NCBI GenBank assembly: GCA_963781885.1
Contig: CAWAHW010000004.1
Location: forward strand, 480,001-544,000
Reading direction: 5' to 3'
Length of the DNA: 64,000 nt
Source of the DNA: an uncultured Spirochaetota bacterium
GTDB lineage: Bacteria; Spirochaetota; Spirochaetia; SZUA-6; Fen-1364
Positions within the stretch are counted from its first letter, which is position 1; the number at the start of each line of letters is the position of its first letter. Shown in pieces: positions 10,509 through 19,819 of the stretch. Under the pieces are notes generated by a model. That model had not been told where the DNA came from and did no database searches. It worked only from the letters and a program-made list of their open reading frames with translations. A program made the translations under genes and the position numbers.

Positions 10509-11582
10509 ATGACAGATGTCACGCCGCGGAAGGTAATCCGCAAGATCACGCCGGCGATCGTCTGGATCGCCATCTGCGTGGTTCTCGGCCTCATCCTCTT
10601 GTTCTCGAGCTTCTTTGTCGTGGACCAGAAGGAAGAGGCCGTGGTCCTGAACCTGGGCAAGTTCTCACGCCAGGTCGGGCCCGGGCTGCATTTCAAGATT
10701 CCATTCGGAGTGGAGAAGAACTACAACGTGCCGACGCAGCGGATCCTGAAGGAGGAGTTCGGATTCCGCACGATCAACCCCGGCGTTGTATCGGAATATT
10801 CGAATGCGGACTATTCATCGGAGTCGATCATGCTCACGGGGGACCTCAACATCGTCGACGTCGAATGGATCATCCAGTACCAGATCACCGACGCCCGCGC
10901 GTGGCTTTTCGGCGTGGACAACCAGGAGAAGACCATCCGCGATATCTCCCAGTCGGTGATCAACATGCTCGTCGGCGACCGCACGATCTTCGACGTCATC
11001 GGCGCAGAGCGGGCCGCCATCGAGGTGCAGGGACAGGACCTGATGAACGAGCTGTACAAGTCCTACGGCCTGGGCGTGCGCGTCACGACGGTGAAGCTGC
11101 AGAACATCGTGCCTCCCAAGGGCTCGGTGCAGGACGCCTTCGAGGACGTGAACAAGGCCATCCAGGACAGGAGCAGGCTCATCAACGAGGGCAAGGAAGC
11201 CTACAACCAGGCGATCCCCAAGGCGAGCGGCCAGGCCGAACAGACCATCCAGGAAGCCGAAGGTTATGCCACGGAGCGCGTGAACCAGGCAAAGGGCGAC
11301 GTCGCCCGATTCCTCGCCGTGCTCGGTGAATACCGACAGGCGCCCGACGTCGTGCGCACGCGGCTGTACTACGAAATGTACGACACGGTCTTCGGCAACG
11401 CGGAAGGGACGGACCTCATCGACAAGAACCTGAAGAACTTCCTGCCGCTGAAGAGCGTGGGAGCCGGTGGCACGCCGGCAGCGACGCCGACGGCGCCGGC
11501 AGAGGCACCGGCGCCAACGCCGTCCGCGCCGGCAGCGGCCGCGCCGGCGGCCAGCGACCAGTCGCAGGGGGCCACGCAATGA
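10509..11582 (+). CDS. hflK: FtsH protease modulator HflK
   Basis: N-terminal TM, SPFH domain (MLTGDLNIVDVEW, VQDAFEDVNKA, AEGYATERVNQAKGD) and an Ala/Pro-rich tail. Confidence 0.93.
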   Translation: MTDVTPRKVIRKITPAIVWIAICVVLGLILLFSSFFVVDQKEEAVVLNLGKFSRQVGPGLHFKIPFGVEKNYNVPTQRILKEEFGFRTINPGVVSEYSNADYSSESIMLTGDLNIVDVEWIIQYQITDARAWLFGVDNQEKTIRDISQSVINMLVGDRTIFDVIGAERAAIEVQGQDLMNELYKSYGLGVRVTTVKLQNIVPPKGSVQDAFEDVNKAIQDRSRLINEGKEAYNQAIPKASGQAEQTIQEAEGYATERVNQAKGDVARFLAVLGEYRQAPDVVRTRLYYEMYDTVFGNAEGTDLIDKNLKNFLPLKSVGAGGTPAATPTAPAEAPAPTPSAPAAAAPAASDQSQGATQ

Positions 11583-12565
11583 AAAGGACAATCATCATCC
11601 TCGTCATCATCGGGGTCGTTCTCCTCGTGGTTTCCCTCCTCGGGCCGTACTACATCCTCACCGAAGGGGAGCAGGCAGTCGTCGTGCAGTTCGGAAAGAT
11701 CGTCCGGGTGGACACCGCGGCAGGCGTGAAATACAAGGTGCCCTTCGTGGAGAACGTCGTGAAGTTCTCCAAGAAGGTGCAGTCCTGGGACGGGGACGCC
11801 CAGCGCATCCCCACGTCGGAGAACCAGTTCATCTGGGTGGATACCACGGCGCGCTGGCGCATCTCCGATCCCAAGAAGTTCTACGAGTCGGTCGGGTCCA
11901 TGAGCCAGGCACAGGGCCGCATGGACGACGTGATCGATTCCGAGGTGCGCAAGATCATCTCCAAGAACCCGCTCCGCGAGGCGGTGCGCGACTCCAACGT
12001 CATCAGCACGATCAAGCGGAACACATCGCTTGCAAGCGTCGCGGGGTCCTCCGAAACCGGAGCACTCAGCACCATCTCGGCGCTGTCGGAGAATCAGTTC
12101 GACAATGTCATCGACGGACGACGCGCCCTGTCCATCCAGATGCGCGACGAGGCGCGCACGATCATGCCCCAGTTCGGCATGGAGCTCATCGACGTGGTCA
12201 TCCGGCAGATCAAGTACTCGGATGACCTCACGCAGAGCGTCTACGACCGCATGATCAAGGAGCGCAACCAGATCGCGCAGGCCTTCCGCTCGGACGGCGA
12301 GGGTGAGAAGGCGAACCTGCTCGGCCAGACGGAAAACAAGCTGAAGCAGATCCAGTCGGAAGCGGAGCGGCAGGCAAAGGAGATCAAGGCCAAGGCAGAT
12401 GCGGAAGCACTTGCCATCCGTAACAAGGCCTACAGCCAGGACCCGGAGTTTGCCGACTACTGGATGGCGCTGCAGGAATACCAGACCATCCTGCCGAAGT
12501 TCAACAAGACGCTCACGACGGATTCCGATTTCTACAAGTATCTCTATAACAAGAGAGGAAGATAG
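11579..12565 (+). CDS. hflC: FtsH protease modulator HflC
   Basis: TM plus SPFH domain (VDTTARWRISDP, SVYDRMIKER, RSDGEG). ATGA overlap with hflK. Confidence 0.93.
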   Translation: MKRTIIILVIIGVVLLVVSLLGPYYILTEGEQAVVVQFGKIVRVDTAAGVKYKVPFVENVVKFSKKVQSWDGDAQRIPTSENQFIWVDTTARWRISDPKKFYESVGSMSQAQGRMDDVIDSEVRKIISKNPLREAVRDSNVISTIKRNTSLASVAGSSETGALSTISALSENQFDNVIDGRRALSIQMRDEARTIMPQFGMELIDVVIRQIKYSDDLTQSVYDRMIKERNQIAQAFRSDGEGEKANLLGQTENKLKQIQSEAERQAKEIKAKADAEALAIRNKAYSQDPEFADYWMALQEYQTILPKFNKTLTTDSDFYKYLYNKRGR

Positions 12566-12573
12566 CGTTTCAA

Positions 12574-12602
12574 AGGGCCGCGCTCCGCGCGGCCCTCATT
12601 TT
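12574..12602. terminator. Probable bidirectional intrinsic terminator between hflC and the glcG-like gene
   Basis: Perfect 10-bp stem AGGGCCGCGC-tcc-GCGCGGCCCT with short T runs on both strands, between convergent genes. Confidence 0.6.
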
Positions 12603-13006
12603 CTTGGCAGGCTTGCCGCCGCGCGGGCCAGCTCGACATCCTCCTCGCTGCTCAAACCGCTCACCCCGATACCCCCAATCACTTTCCCCTCGTGCAGGAT
12701 CGGCAGCCCTCCGCCCCATCCCGTGTAGCGCAGGCTTCCGTAATTCGTCATCGGAAAACCCGTCTCCTTCATGCGCTCACCGATGTCCGCCGATTCCTTT
12801 CGCTCCCGGGCAGCCGTAAAGGCCTTGTTCTGTGCGATATACACCGACGGCAACTGGCAGCCGTCCATGCGGAGAAATGCAATCAGCTCGCCGTGCGCAT
12901 CCGCCACCGCGACGCAGATCGCCTTGCCCGCCGCTTCAGCGCTCTTCCGCACGACGTCGATCATGGCCTGCGCGTCGCTGTGGGACAGGTTGGAGGTCTG
13001 GTACAT
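12596..13006 (-). CDS. GlcG/HbpS-family heme-binding protein
   Basis: VAVADAHGELIAFLRMDG, AQNKAFTA and GGGLPI...IGGIGVSG motifs. AAAGGAG SD. Confidence 0.9.
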   Translation of the reverse strand: MYQTSNLSHSDAQAMIDVVRKSAEAAGKAICVAVADAHGELIAFLRMDGCQLPSVYIAQNKAFTAARERKESADIGERMKETGFPMTNYGSLRYTGWGGGLPILHEGKVIGGIGVSGLSSEEDVELARAAASLPRK

Positions 13007-13072
13007 GGTATGCTCCTTTGTTCGGAGAGTAGCGCAGCCGTCGCGCGTGTTCCAGCCGCGACGCAGCCGCCA

Positions 13073-14746
13073 TCACGGCGCGATGAGGCGGGACGGCGCC
13101 GATCTGCGCCGGGCCTTTTCCTCCACCGCCGCGAGGCCGTCGCAATAGCGCGCCGCGAACGCTGCCGGGACGCGGCAGGCCCGCAGGAGAGCGAGCGACG
13201 CGCGGAAGGCCGTTTCGTTCTTCCTGTGCGCGAGCCTGTTCAGGAGCCGCATCGCCTCACGCAGCAGGCGTGCCTGCTCGCCCTCATTCGTGACGGCGCG
13301 CGCAATCCGTGCCACCACCTCGATCTCTTCCTGCGCGTCGCGCACCGCGCACGCGCCGAGCGCGGTCACGAGCTCCCGCGCCGCGGGCCCGGTCGGAAGA
13401 CGCGCCTGCAGGGCCTCGGGCGCGAAACGCCAGAAATGGCGCATCGGGAGGGCGAGCCTGCCGTCACGCGCCGAGGCGACGATGGAATCCCCTTCTGTCT
13501 CGAAGGCCGCGCGCACGCGTTCGGGATCGAAGGAACAGGCCAGGAGCTGCGCGAAGCGCAGGTTTTCAAGGGAGTGCGCCGCGCCGCTTGTCTGCCGCTT
13601 GCCGCGCCGGTCCACCACCAGCGCGAGCTCGAGGTTGCGCGTCGCCCTCGAGAGGCTCTGCTTGCCGCCGGGATACTTTACATAGCCTGTGGAATGGAGG
13701 GTGAGGCTTCCCGAAGAGGCCAACAGGTCGCAGAGCTCCTCCAGGCCTATCACCCCTTCGTTGCTGTAGCTCACGACGACCCACCGGCAGTCGGCGGCGT
13801 CCAGGGTCTCCTTCAGCGCCGGGAGCGCCGAGGTGCGATAGCAGAATGCCGAGCGCGTCCTGGTCCAGTCCGGCCGTATCCCCGCCTTCTGCCGGAGACG
13901 GCCGTCCGGTCCGCGCTCGGCGCTCACCGGCGGCTTGTCCCACAAGGCGATGGTGTTGAGCATGAAATAGTTGCTGCCGTACTGGTGGCCGGCGTAGGGC
14001 GGATCGAGGTAGCAGACGTCGGCGGACCTGCCGCGGAGATAGGCAGCCGCGTCCATGCAATCCATGGTGGAATCATGCGGCGCATCGACGAGCACCGGCA
14101 TCCTCAGTCGTATCGGGGCGAGGATGCGGCTCAGGGCATCCTGCCCGTGGCCGCCGAAGCCCCTGTGGCAGGCCTTGAAGACGCCGGAGGTATTGGTATG
14201 CGTCGCCGCCTCGTAGAGAAGCGAGGCAAGAAGGATGCATTTTTCCGCGCGCGCCTCCGGGGTGGCGGGCCCTGACGGGTACAGCGCCTCGATGCGCTCC
14301 CGCAGCAGGTCGATGGCAAGCGCGTTTTCCCGGGTGTAGAAGAGGCGCTCGGTGCGCCAGTCCGCCGCAGCCGTGACCCGGGGCGCATAGTGCCTGCTGA
14401 TGTACTCTTCACGTGGCTCCGCGGAGAGGGAGTTGAGCTCATCCAGAAGCGCGGGAAGACCCCCCTTGTCGGCAAAGAGTCTCGACAGATCGCCCGGTGC
14501 GACGCCGAGATGGCAGGAGTTGATGACGAATGAATAGGGCTCCCAGTCGTTCGCATGCACCTCGAAGCCCATCATCCGCGCCAGACGCGACACGGCGCCC
14601 GACCCGGCGAATGGATCGAGGAATGCGCGACGGGAGGGGTCATCGACAAGACCGGAGAGCACGCCGTGGAGAAAAGGGAGGAGGGCCCGCTTGTTGCCGA
14701 TATAGGCGATGAGCTGCCCGGTCAGGTAGGGATGAGCGAGGTCCAT
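13073..14746 (-). CDS. DNA adenine methyltransferase (alpha-class order) with a C-terminal extension; no cognate endonuclease nearby
   Basis: YIGNKR, motif I FLDPFAGSGAVS, motif IV YLDPPY and VSYSNEG. Confidence 0.85.
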   Translation of the reverse strand: MDLAHPYLTGQLIAYIGNKRALLPFLHGVLSGLVDDPSRRAFLDPFAGSGAVSRLARMMGFEVHANDWEPYSFVINSCHLGVAPGDLSRLFADKGGLPALLDELNSLSAEPREEYISRHYAPRVTAAADWRTERLFYTRENALAIDLLRERIEALYPSGPATPEARAEKCILLASLLYEAATHTNTSGVFKACHRGFGGHGQDALSRILAPIRLRMPVLVDAPHDSTMDCMDAAAYLRGRSADVCYLDPPYAGHQYGSNYFMLNTIALWDKPPVSAERGPDGRLRQKAGIRPDWTRTRSAFCYRTSALPALKETLDAADCRWVVVSYSNEGVIGLEELCDLLASSGSLTLHSTGYVKYPGGKQSLSRATRNLELALVVDRRGKRQTSGAAHSLENLRFAQLLACSFDPERVRAAFETEGDSIVASARDGRLALPMRHFWRFAPEALQARLPTGPAARELVTALGACAVRDAQEEIEVVARIARAVTNEGEQARLLREAMRLLNRLAHRKNETAFRASLALLRACRVPAAFAARYCDGLAAVEEKARRRSAPSRLIAP

Positions 14747-14752
14747 CGGGAC

Positions 14753-15118
14753 CTAGTCCGGAGAATAGGTCGCCCTGTTCCTGTCGGTCTCGAAGACCTC
14801 GACAAGCGTGAGCTGCGCCTTCGGCATCTCCGCGTGCATTCTCTCGTAAACGAAAAGGGCAATGCGCTCCGCGCTGGGGCAGCCGTCGCTGAAGGCGGGA
14901 TGATCGTTGAGGCTGGAGTGATCGAGCTCCAGGGTGACCTTGCGCAAGGCCCCCTTGAGGATGCCGAAGTCCAGAAGCATGCCGCCGTCATCGAGCGCCC
15001 GGCCCGATGCCGTGACAAAAACCTTGTAGTTGTGGCCGTGAAGCCGTTCGCACTTTCCGTGGTAGCGCGTGAGAAAGTGGGCGGCGGAAAAACCGTCTTC
15101 GATGCGCACCGTGTACAT
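14753..15118 (-). CDS. queD: 6-carboxy-5,6,7,8-tetrahydropterin synthase
   Basis: FSAAH, CERLHGHNY, LDFG, LDH-LND, PSAERIA and VFET motifs. Start set at ATG 15118 (MYTVRIE). Confidence 0.92.
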   Translation of the reverse strand: MYTVRIEDGFSAAHFLTRYHGKCERLHGHNYKVFVTASGRALDDGGMLLDFGILKGALRKVTLELDHSSLNDHPAFSDGCPSAERIALFVYERMHAEMPKAQLTLVEVFETDRNRATYSPD

Positions 15119-15191
15119 GTCCTGGGCTCCCAGAAAAGAGCATATGTATTTCACCGCCTGAAAGCAAATCCGCGGCGAGGTTTCGCGCCGC

Positions 15192-15220
15192 TTGATCGAC
15201 AGGCACGCGGCGGTTAGCAT
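15192..15220 (+). promoter_or_regulatory. Putative sigma70 promoter of murE, leaderless architecture
   Basis: TTGATC-N17-TAGCAT-N6-ATG(15227). Confidence 0.6.
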
Positions 15221-15226
15221 TCCTCG

Positions 15227-16750
15227 ATGCCCGATATGCACGTGAGCGACCTGGTTGAATGGCTTCCCGTCCTGGAGGTCCGCGGTGACACGCGCACCGT
15301 CGTGAAGGGGATCGCCTACGACTCGCGCGACGTCAAGCCCGGTTACCTGTTCGTCGCCATGGACGGCGTTCACACCGACGGTCACGCGTACGTGGATGAC
15401 GCCCGTAGACGCGGCGCCGTGGCGATCCTGCACGCGCGCTCCCTTCCGGCCGACGGCGGCGCAACGGCCTGCATCCGCGTGGAGAACCCGCGCACGGCTC
15501 TTTCCCCGCTTGCCGCGGCGTTCTACGGCTGGCCGTCACGGTCCATCCGCACGATCGGGGTGACGGGGACCGACGGGAAAAGCTCGACCGTCTGGTTCAT
15601 CACCCAGCTCCTCGGTTCACTCGGCCGCAAGGCGGGGTTCCTCTCCACCGTGTCATTCCAGACGGCCGAGGAGATCGTGAAGAACCCGTTCCGGCAGTCG
15701 ACGCCGGAGGCGAGCGAGATCCAGGGCATGCTGCGGGAGATGGTGAGGCAGGGAAAGGAATATGCGATCGTCGAGGCCACGTCGCACGGCCTCTCCCGCC
15801 GGATGAACAGGCTCGGCGACGTCCAGTTCGACGCCGCGGTGATGACGAATGTCACCCATGAGCACCTGGAGTTCCACGGCTCCTTCGAGCAGTACAGGTC
15901 GGACAAGGCCAATCTCTTCCGTTCCCTTTCTCCCGATGCGCCGAAGGAGGTGAGCTGCCCGCGCTTCGCCGTCGTGAACGCCGACGATCCAAGCGCGGGA
16001 TACTTCACGGCGGCATCACGCGTGCCGGTCTACTCCTACGCGCGATCGGCAAAAGCGGACCTCACGGCCCGCGATCTGCGCATGGATATCACGGGAACGA
16101 GCTTCGTGATGGCGGACGCCGGCGGCAGCATGGAGACACGCATCGCGATCCCGGGCATTTTCTGGGTGGAGAATGCTCTTGCCGCCTGCCTCGCGGTGGC
16201 CCACGCCGTCGAGGTTCCACCGCTGAGCCTTGCCGCGCATCTGCCGCGCCTGCGCGGGGTCCTGGGCCGGATGGATTACGTGGACCGGGGCCAGCCCTTT
16301 GCGGTGATCGTCGACTATGCCCACACCCCGGGGGCGTTTCTGAAGCTCTTTCCCTGGGTGCGCGCCCACACGCGCGGCCGGATCATCGTCGTGTTCGGGT
16401 CCGCCGGCGAGCGCGACAGCGCGAAGCGCCCCCTGCAGGGAAAAGCGGCGGCTGACCACTGTGACATTGTCGTCATCACGGACGAGGACCCCCGCGGCGA
16501 GGACAGGATGCAGATCATCGAGCACGTGGCGGCGGGCTGCGCGGGAAAAAAGCGCGGGGAGGACCTCTTCCTCATCCCCGACAGGCCGGAGGCGATACGA
16601 TTCGCCTTCTCCCTGGCGAAGCCAGGCGATGCCGTGCTCCTCCTCGGCAAGGGTCACGAGAGCAGCATCATCGGGCCGGGGGGATCGATGGAATGGGACG
16701 AGCGCGTCGAGGCGGAGGCTGCCCTCCGTGCGCAGGGTTACGGGGCATGA
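15227..16750 (+). CDS. murE: UDP-MurNAc-dipeptide:diamino acid ligase MurE
   Basis: YDSR, GVTGTDGKSS P-loop, EATSHG, EHLEFH, VDYAHTP, GERD--KRP, DEDPR and GKGHE motifs. Confidence 0.95.
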   Translation: MPDMHVSDLVEWLPVLEVRGDTRTVVKGIAYDSRDVKPGYLFVAMDGVHTDGHAYVDDARRRGAVAILHARSLPADGGATACIRVENPRTALSPLAAAFYGWPSRSIRTIGVTGTDGKSSTVWFITQLLGSLGRKAGFLSTVSFQTAEEIVKNPFRQSTPEASEIQGMLREMVRQGKEYAIVEATSHGLSRRMNRLGDVQFDAAVMTNVTHEHLEFHGSFEQYRSDKANLFRSLSPDAPKEVSCPRFAVVNADDPSAGYFTAASRVPVYSYARSAKADLTARDLRMDITGTSFVMADAGGSMETRIAIPGIFWVENALAACLAVAHAVEVPPLSLAAHLPRLRGVLGRMDYVDRGQPFAVIVDYAHTPGAFLKLFPWVRAHTRGRIIVVFGSAGERDSAKRPLQGKAAADHCDIVVITDEDPRGEDRMQIIEHVAAGCAGKKRGEDLFLIPDRPEAIRFAFSLAKPGDAVLLLGKGHESSIIGPGGSMEWDERVEAEAALRAQGYGA

Positions 16751-19416
16751 TCGCGGCGCTCGTCGCGCTGCTGCTCTTCACCCCTCCCGCCTGCGCGCCC
16801 GCCGACACTCTCCACGTGACGATCTCCGTGGCTACCGAGGCTGCCGGTGCGGTCGCGAACGCCGACGGTCTTCAGAAGGGGCTCTCGCTGCTCTTCGGTC
16901 GCGAGTTCGGGAGATTTGCGGAGCTGTCGTTCGCGTCCGGGGCGGCCCCGCAACCGGGGGATTGGACGGCAGCCATCTCCATCGGGATCGACGCGGGGGC
17001 AATCCGCATCGACACTGATATGGGCGGCGCGGGAGCAACTCGGTCACTCTCGTCCACCGTGCCGCGCGGCGCGCCGGCCAGTCTCCTGTCGACGATGGCA
17101 GGGGACCTCGCTTTCCTGCTTTTCGCGTCGCGCGGCTTCTCCACGCTTCCTCTCGCCCCGGCTCCCGGCCTGACGGGACTGTTGTCGACCGACTCGCTCG
17201 GCGAGCTCACGGGCTGGAACCCCGAGGACCTGGAGCCCATCGGTCTTGCCTCTTCAGGGGAGAACATCACCGTCTGTTTCCCCCACTCCTGGCTCACGCT
17301 CGGACCTGGTTTCCGCATCGTCCCGCAGAGCATCCGCGACCTGCACGCGCTGAGCGGCGGCCGCGAACAGCTTCAGCTTTCCGGTCTTGCCGTCGGCACC
17401 GGGGACCGGCTCGTCCTCTTCTCCCAGGCGAGCGGAAAGCTCGTCCGCGAAAACCCGCGCCGGGGCACGCGCCAGCTCATCGATGCGCCGGGGCTTTCCG
17501 CGCTCCCCGGCCTGCTCCTGGACGACGGCACGCTCGTCGCACTCTCGGGCGATGAAAACTCACCGCGGCTGCTCCTCTCGTCACTTTCCGGCCCGGCGAC
17601 GAGCTGGCGCGCCGTTGCCGGCACGTACGTCTCGGCATTCTCCCGCGACAGGGAGGGAAATATCTGGGCCTGGGACGCCGTGGAGCGGCGCATCAGGGTG
17701 CTCACCCCTGCCGGCACGGAGGTCTTCTCCATCAAGCCGCTCCTCCCGGCGTCCACGATGCAGCTTCCGCAGCAGCTCGCCGTGCTGGATGACGGGAGCT
17801 TCCTCCTGGCCGGCTCGGGTGAGATCTGGCGATTTGAAAACACCGGCATCCCGGTCTGGCGCCTCACGCGCATCCCCGGCAGGCCGGGGGAGCAGCTCCC
17901 CGCCTCTTTTTTCGTCGCAGCAAACGGCACGACCGGTGATTTCACGATACTCGACGAGCAGTCGCGGCGGCTCATCGCCTTTTCCGCGGGCCCCACCGCC
18001 GCGGGGCTGCCCGCGCTCCTGGGCCGGCTGGACGGCCGCCGGCAGGCCGATCTACAGGCAGCCGCGGACGCCGCGCAAGATGACGGCCTTTCCCTCATGG
18101 CGTGGCAGCTGGGCGACCAGATCGCCCGGCTGGGCGGCCCCGAGAGTGAGAGGGCGGCCGCCCACATCGCCGTGCTGCGGGAGAAAGCGATGCTGTACGC
18201 CCAGTATGCCGATGCGCTGGCGCGCGACCTGCTCTATTCGCGGGCCGACATCGCCTACCTGCGGGCCGGTGAGGCCTCGCGCGAGCTCGCCGCGGAATCT
18301 CCCGTCGATCCTGACGCTCCGCGGCTTGTGCAGTCGGTGGTGGCGCGCAGGCTGGACGTGCGCTCCGCCCTTGCCCGCGCTTCCGATCTGCGCATTGACT
18401 CCGCGACCGCCCAGCTCCAGCGAAACGGCGGCTGCGCGGAGACGCTCGTGCTCCACCTTCACGTGGCCAACACCGCGGCGGCGCCGCTGATGCGCGTCCG
18501 GCTCCACCTTGCGCTCCCGTCGCTCCAGCCGGCGCCCGCGCTTGCCGCCGTGGACGAGCTTGCCCCCGGCGCGGCCGAAGACCTCGATGTCGCCCTCGGC
18601 GAGACGGAAGGCGCGATCGACTTCACAGACACGGCGGCGTCGGTCTTTGTCACCTACGACCGCGGCACAGAGGGAATATCCGCCGCATTCTCCCTTCCCG
18701 TGCAAATGGCAGCCGCCAAGGCCGCAGGCGCTGCGTCCGAGCTGGGCTGCAGGGTCCTTGCGGGCGACCCGCTCCTGGACGCTGTCTCCGATGACATGAC
18801 GGGCGTCAGCGGTTCCGCCGATGCGGACCGCTTCAGAAGCTTCGCGTCGACGTACGAAGCTGTCTCGATAGTTCGTGCGCAACAGGTCCAGCCCGCGGCG
18901 TCAGACCACGCCGTGGCGACAGGTGGCATCGGCCCGCAATCGGTCCGCGCGATCCTGCGCGGTCTTTCCGCCGATCGGAAGGACTGGGCGCTCCTTGCTG
19001 CTTCACTTGCAGCCTCGCGGGGTCTCGATGCAAGACTGCTCTCCGTGGGGGACGGCATCTTTGCGCTCGTGAGCACGGGCATGCCGATTTCGGATGCTGT
19101 CGCGAGATTCCCCGCGCTCGCGCCTCTTGAGCCGCTGCTGCGGAAAATCGCGCAAGACGACATGCTGTGGATTCCCCTGGACACTGCAATCGAGGCCGGC
19201 GAAGCAGATATGCTGGCGTCGGCGGTCCGTGATGCTGCCCGGGCGCTTGCCTCAGTAGATGTGCGCGCCGCCGATGTATGGCAAAGCGCGAGCGCCTCGA
19301 CGGGCGCGCCGCCGGTGCCGGTCCCCTTCCCGCTCGTGTTTCCGCCCGTGGCGATGCCGACAGACGACCCGTTCGCCGAAATCGTCGACGGCCTTCGAGA
19401 ATCGTTGCCGCAATAA
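16747..19416 (+). CDS. Large exported hypothetical protein (NHL-like propeller, helical region, Ig-like domain, degenerate transglutaminase-like C-terminus)
   Basis: ATGA overlap with murE and an N-terminal hydrophobic signal. NHL-like repeat SRDREGNIWAWDAVERRIRVLTPAG. Confidence 0.65.
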   Translation: MIAALVALLLFTPPACAPADTLHVTISVATEAAGAVANADGLQKGLSLLFGREFGRFAELSFASGAAPQPGDWTAAISIGIDAGAIRIDTDMGGAGATRSLSSTVPRGAPASLLSTMAGDLAFLLFASRGFSTLPLAPAPGLTGLLSTDSLGELTGWNPEDLEPIGLASSGENITVCFPHSWLTLGPGFRIVPQSIRDLHALSGGREQLQLSGLAVGTGDRLVLFSQASGKLVRENPRRGTRQLIDAPGLSALPGLLLDDGTLVALSGDENSPRLLLSSLSGPATSWRAVAGTYVSAFSRDREGNIWAWDAVERRIRVLTPAGTEVFSIKPLLPASTMQLPQQLAVLDDGSFLLAGSGEIWRFENTGIPVWRLTRIPGRPGEQLPASFFVAANGTTGDFTILDEQSRRLIAFSAGPTAAGLPALLGRLDGRRQADLQAAADAAQDDGLSLMAWQLGDQIARLGGPESERAAAHIAVLREKAMLYAQYADALARDLLYSRADIAYLRAGEASRELAAESPVDPDAPRLVQSVVARRLDVRSALARASDLRIDSATAQLQRNGGCAETLVLHLHVANTAAAPLMRVRLHLALPSLQPAPALAAVDELAPGAAEDLDVALGETEGAIDFTDTAASVFVTYDRGTEGISAAFSLPVQMAAAKAAGAASELGCRVLAGDPLLDAVSDDMTGVSGSADADRFRSFASTYEAVSIVRAQQVQPAASDHAVATGGIGPQSVRAILRGLSADRKDWALLAASLAASRGLDARLLSVGDGIFALVSTGMPISDAVARFPALAPLEPLLRKIAQDDMLWIPLDTAIEAGEADMLASAVRDAARALASVDVRAADVWQSASASTGAPPVPVPFPLVFPPVAMPTDDPFAEIVDGLRESLPQ

Positions 19417-19446
19417 CGCCGCCCCACACGGGCAGCCCCGGTGCCG

Positions 19447-19497
19447 CATGCCGCGGAGTACCGCGACCGACCTGAATGCCACGGACTACCGTGGCCG
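19447..19497. repeat. Two copies of the dispersed palindromic hairpin element
   Basis: atGCCGCGG-agta-CCGCGAC (19450-19467) and aatGCCACGG-acta-CCGTGGC (19478-19495); same pattern as the 28872 and 43861 clusters. Confidence 0.65.
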
Positions 19498-19558
19498 GCT
19501 TGACCCGTGGGCTGTTCTATGGCACTACGGGCGGGAGCAAAACGCGAAGGAGTCATTC

Positions 19559-19819
19559 ATGGGCTGGCGCACGGTCTTTCTCATCATTGCGATCATTGTG
19601 GGCCTGATCGGAATCTGGAACCTTGCGCGCCAGCGCAACGTCTTTCTTTCCCTGACCGGCATCTTCTGGTTCCTGATCGTGCTCTTCGCACAATATATTC
19701 CCAAGGCTTACGACCATCGCCTGGCATCGGGTCTTCCCAAGCTGGGAACACTCTTCCTCTACGTGATCGTTCCGGTCTTCGTGATACTCGCCTTTTTCAC
19801 GACCGACAACCGCAGGTAG
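19559..19819 (+). CDS. Small membrane protein (3 predicted TM), unknown function
   Basis: AAGGAG SD before ATG 19559. 86 aa with three hydrophobic stretches. Confidence 0.75.
   Translation: MGWRTVFLIIAIIVGLIGIWNLARQRNVFLSLTGIFWFLIVLFAQYIPKAYDHRLASGLPKLGTLFLYVIVPVFVILAFFTTDNRR

Noticed and set aside
11460-11580. Low-complexity GC repeats at the end of hflK
   Set aside because: They encode an Ala/Pro-rich disordered tail in frame and are not a separate element.
13073-15118. A complete restriction-modification or Dpd defence island
   Set aside because: No endonuclease, dpdA-K, queC or queE gene, no integrase and no obvious compositional shift. Kept only as a weak linkage finding.
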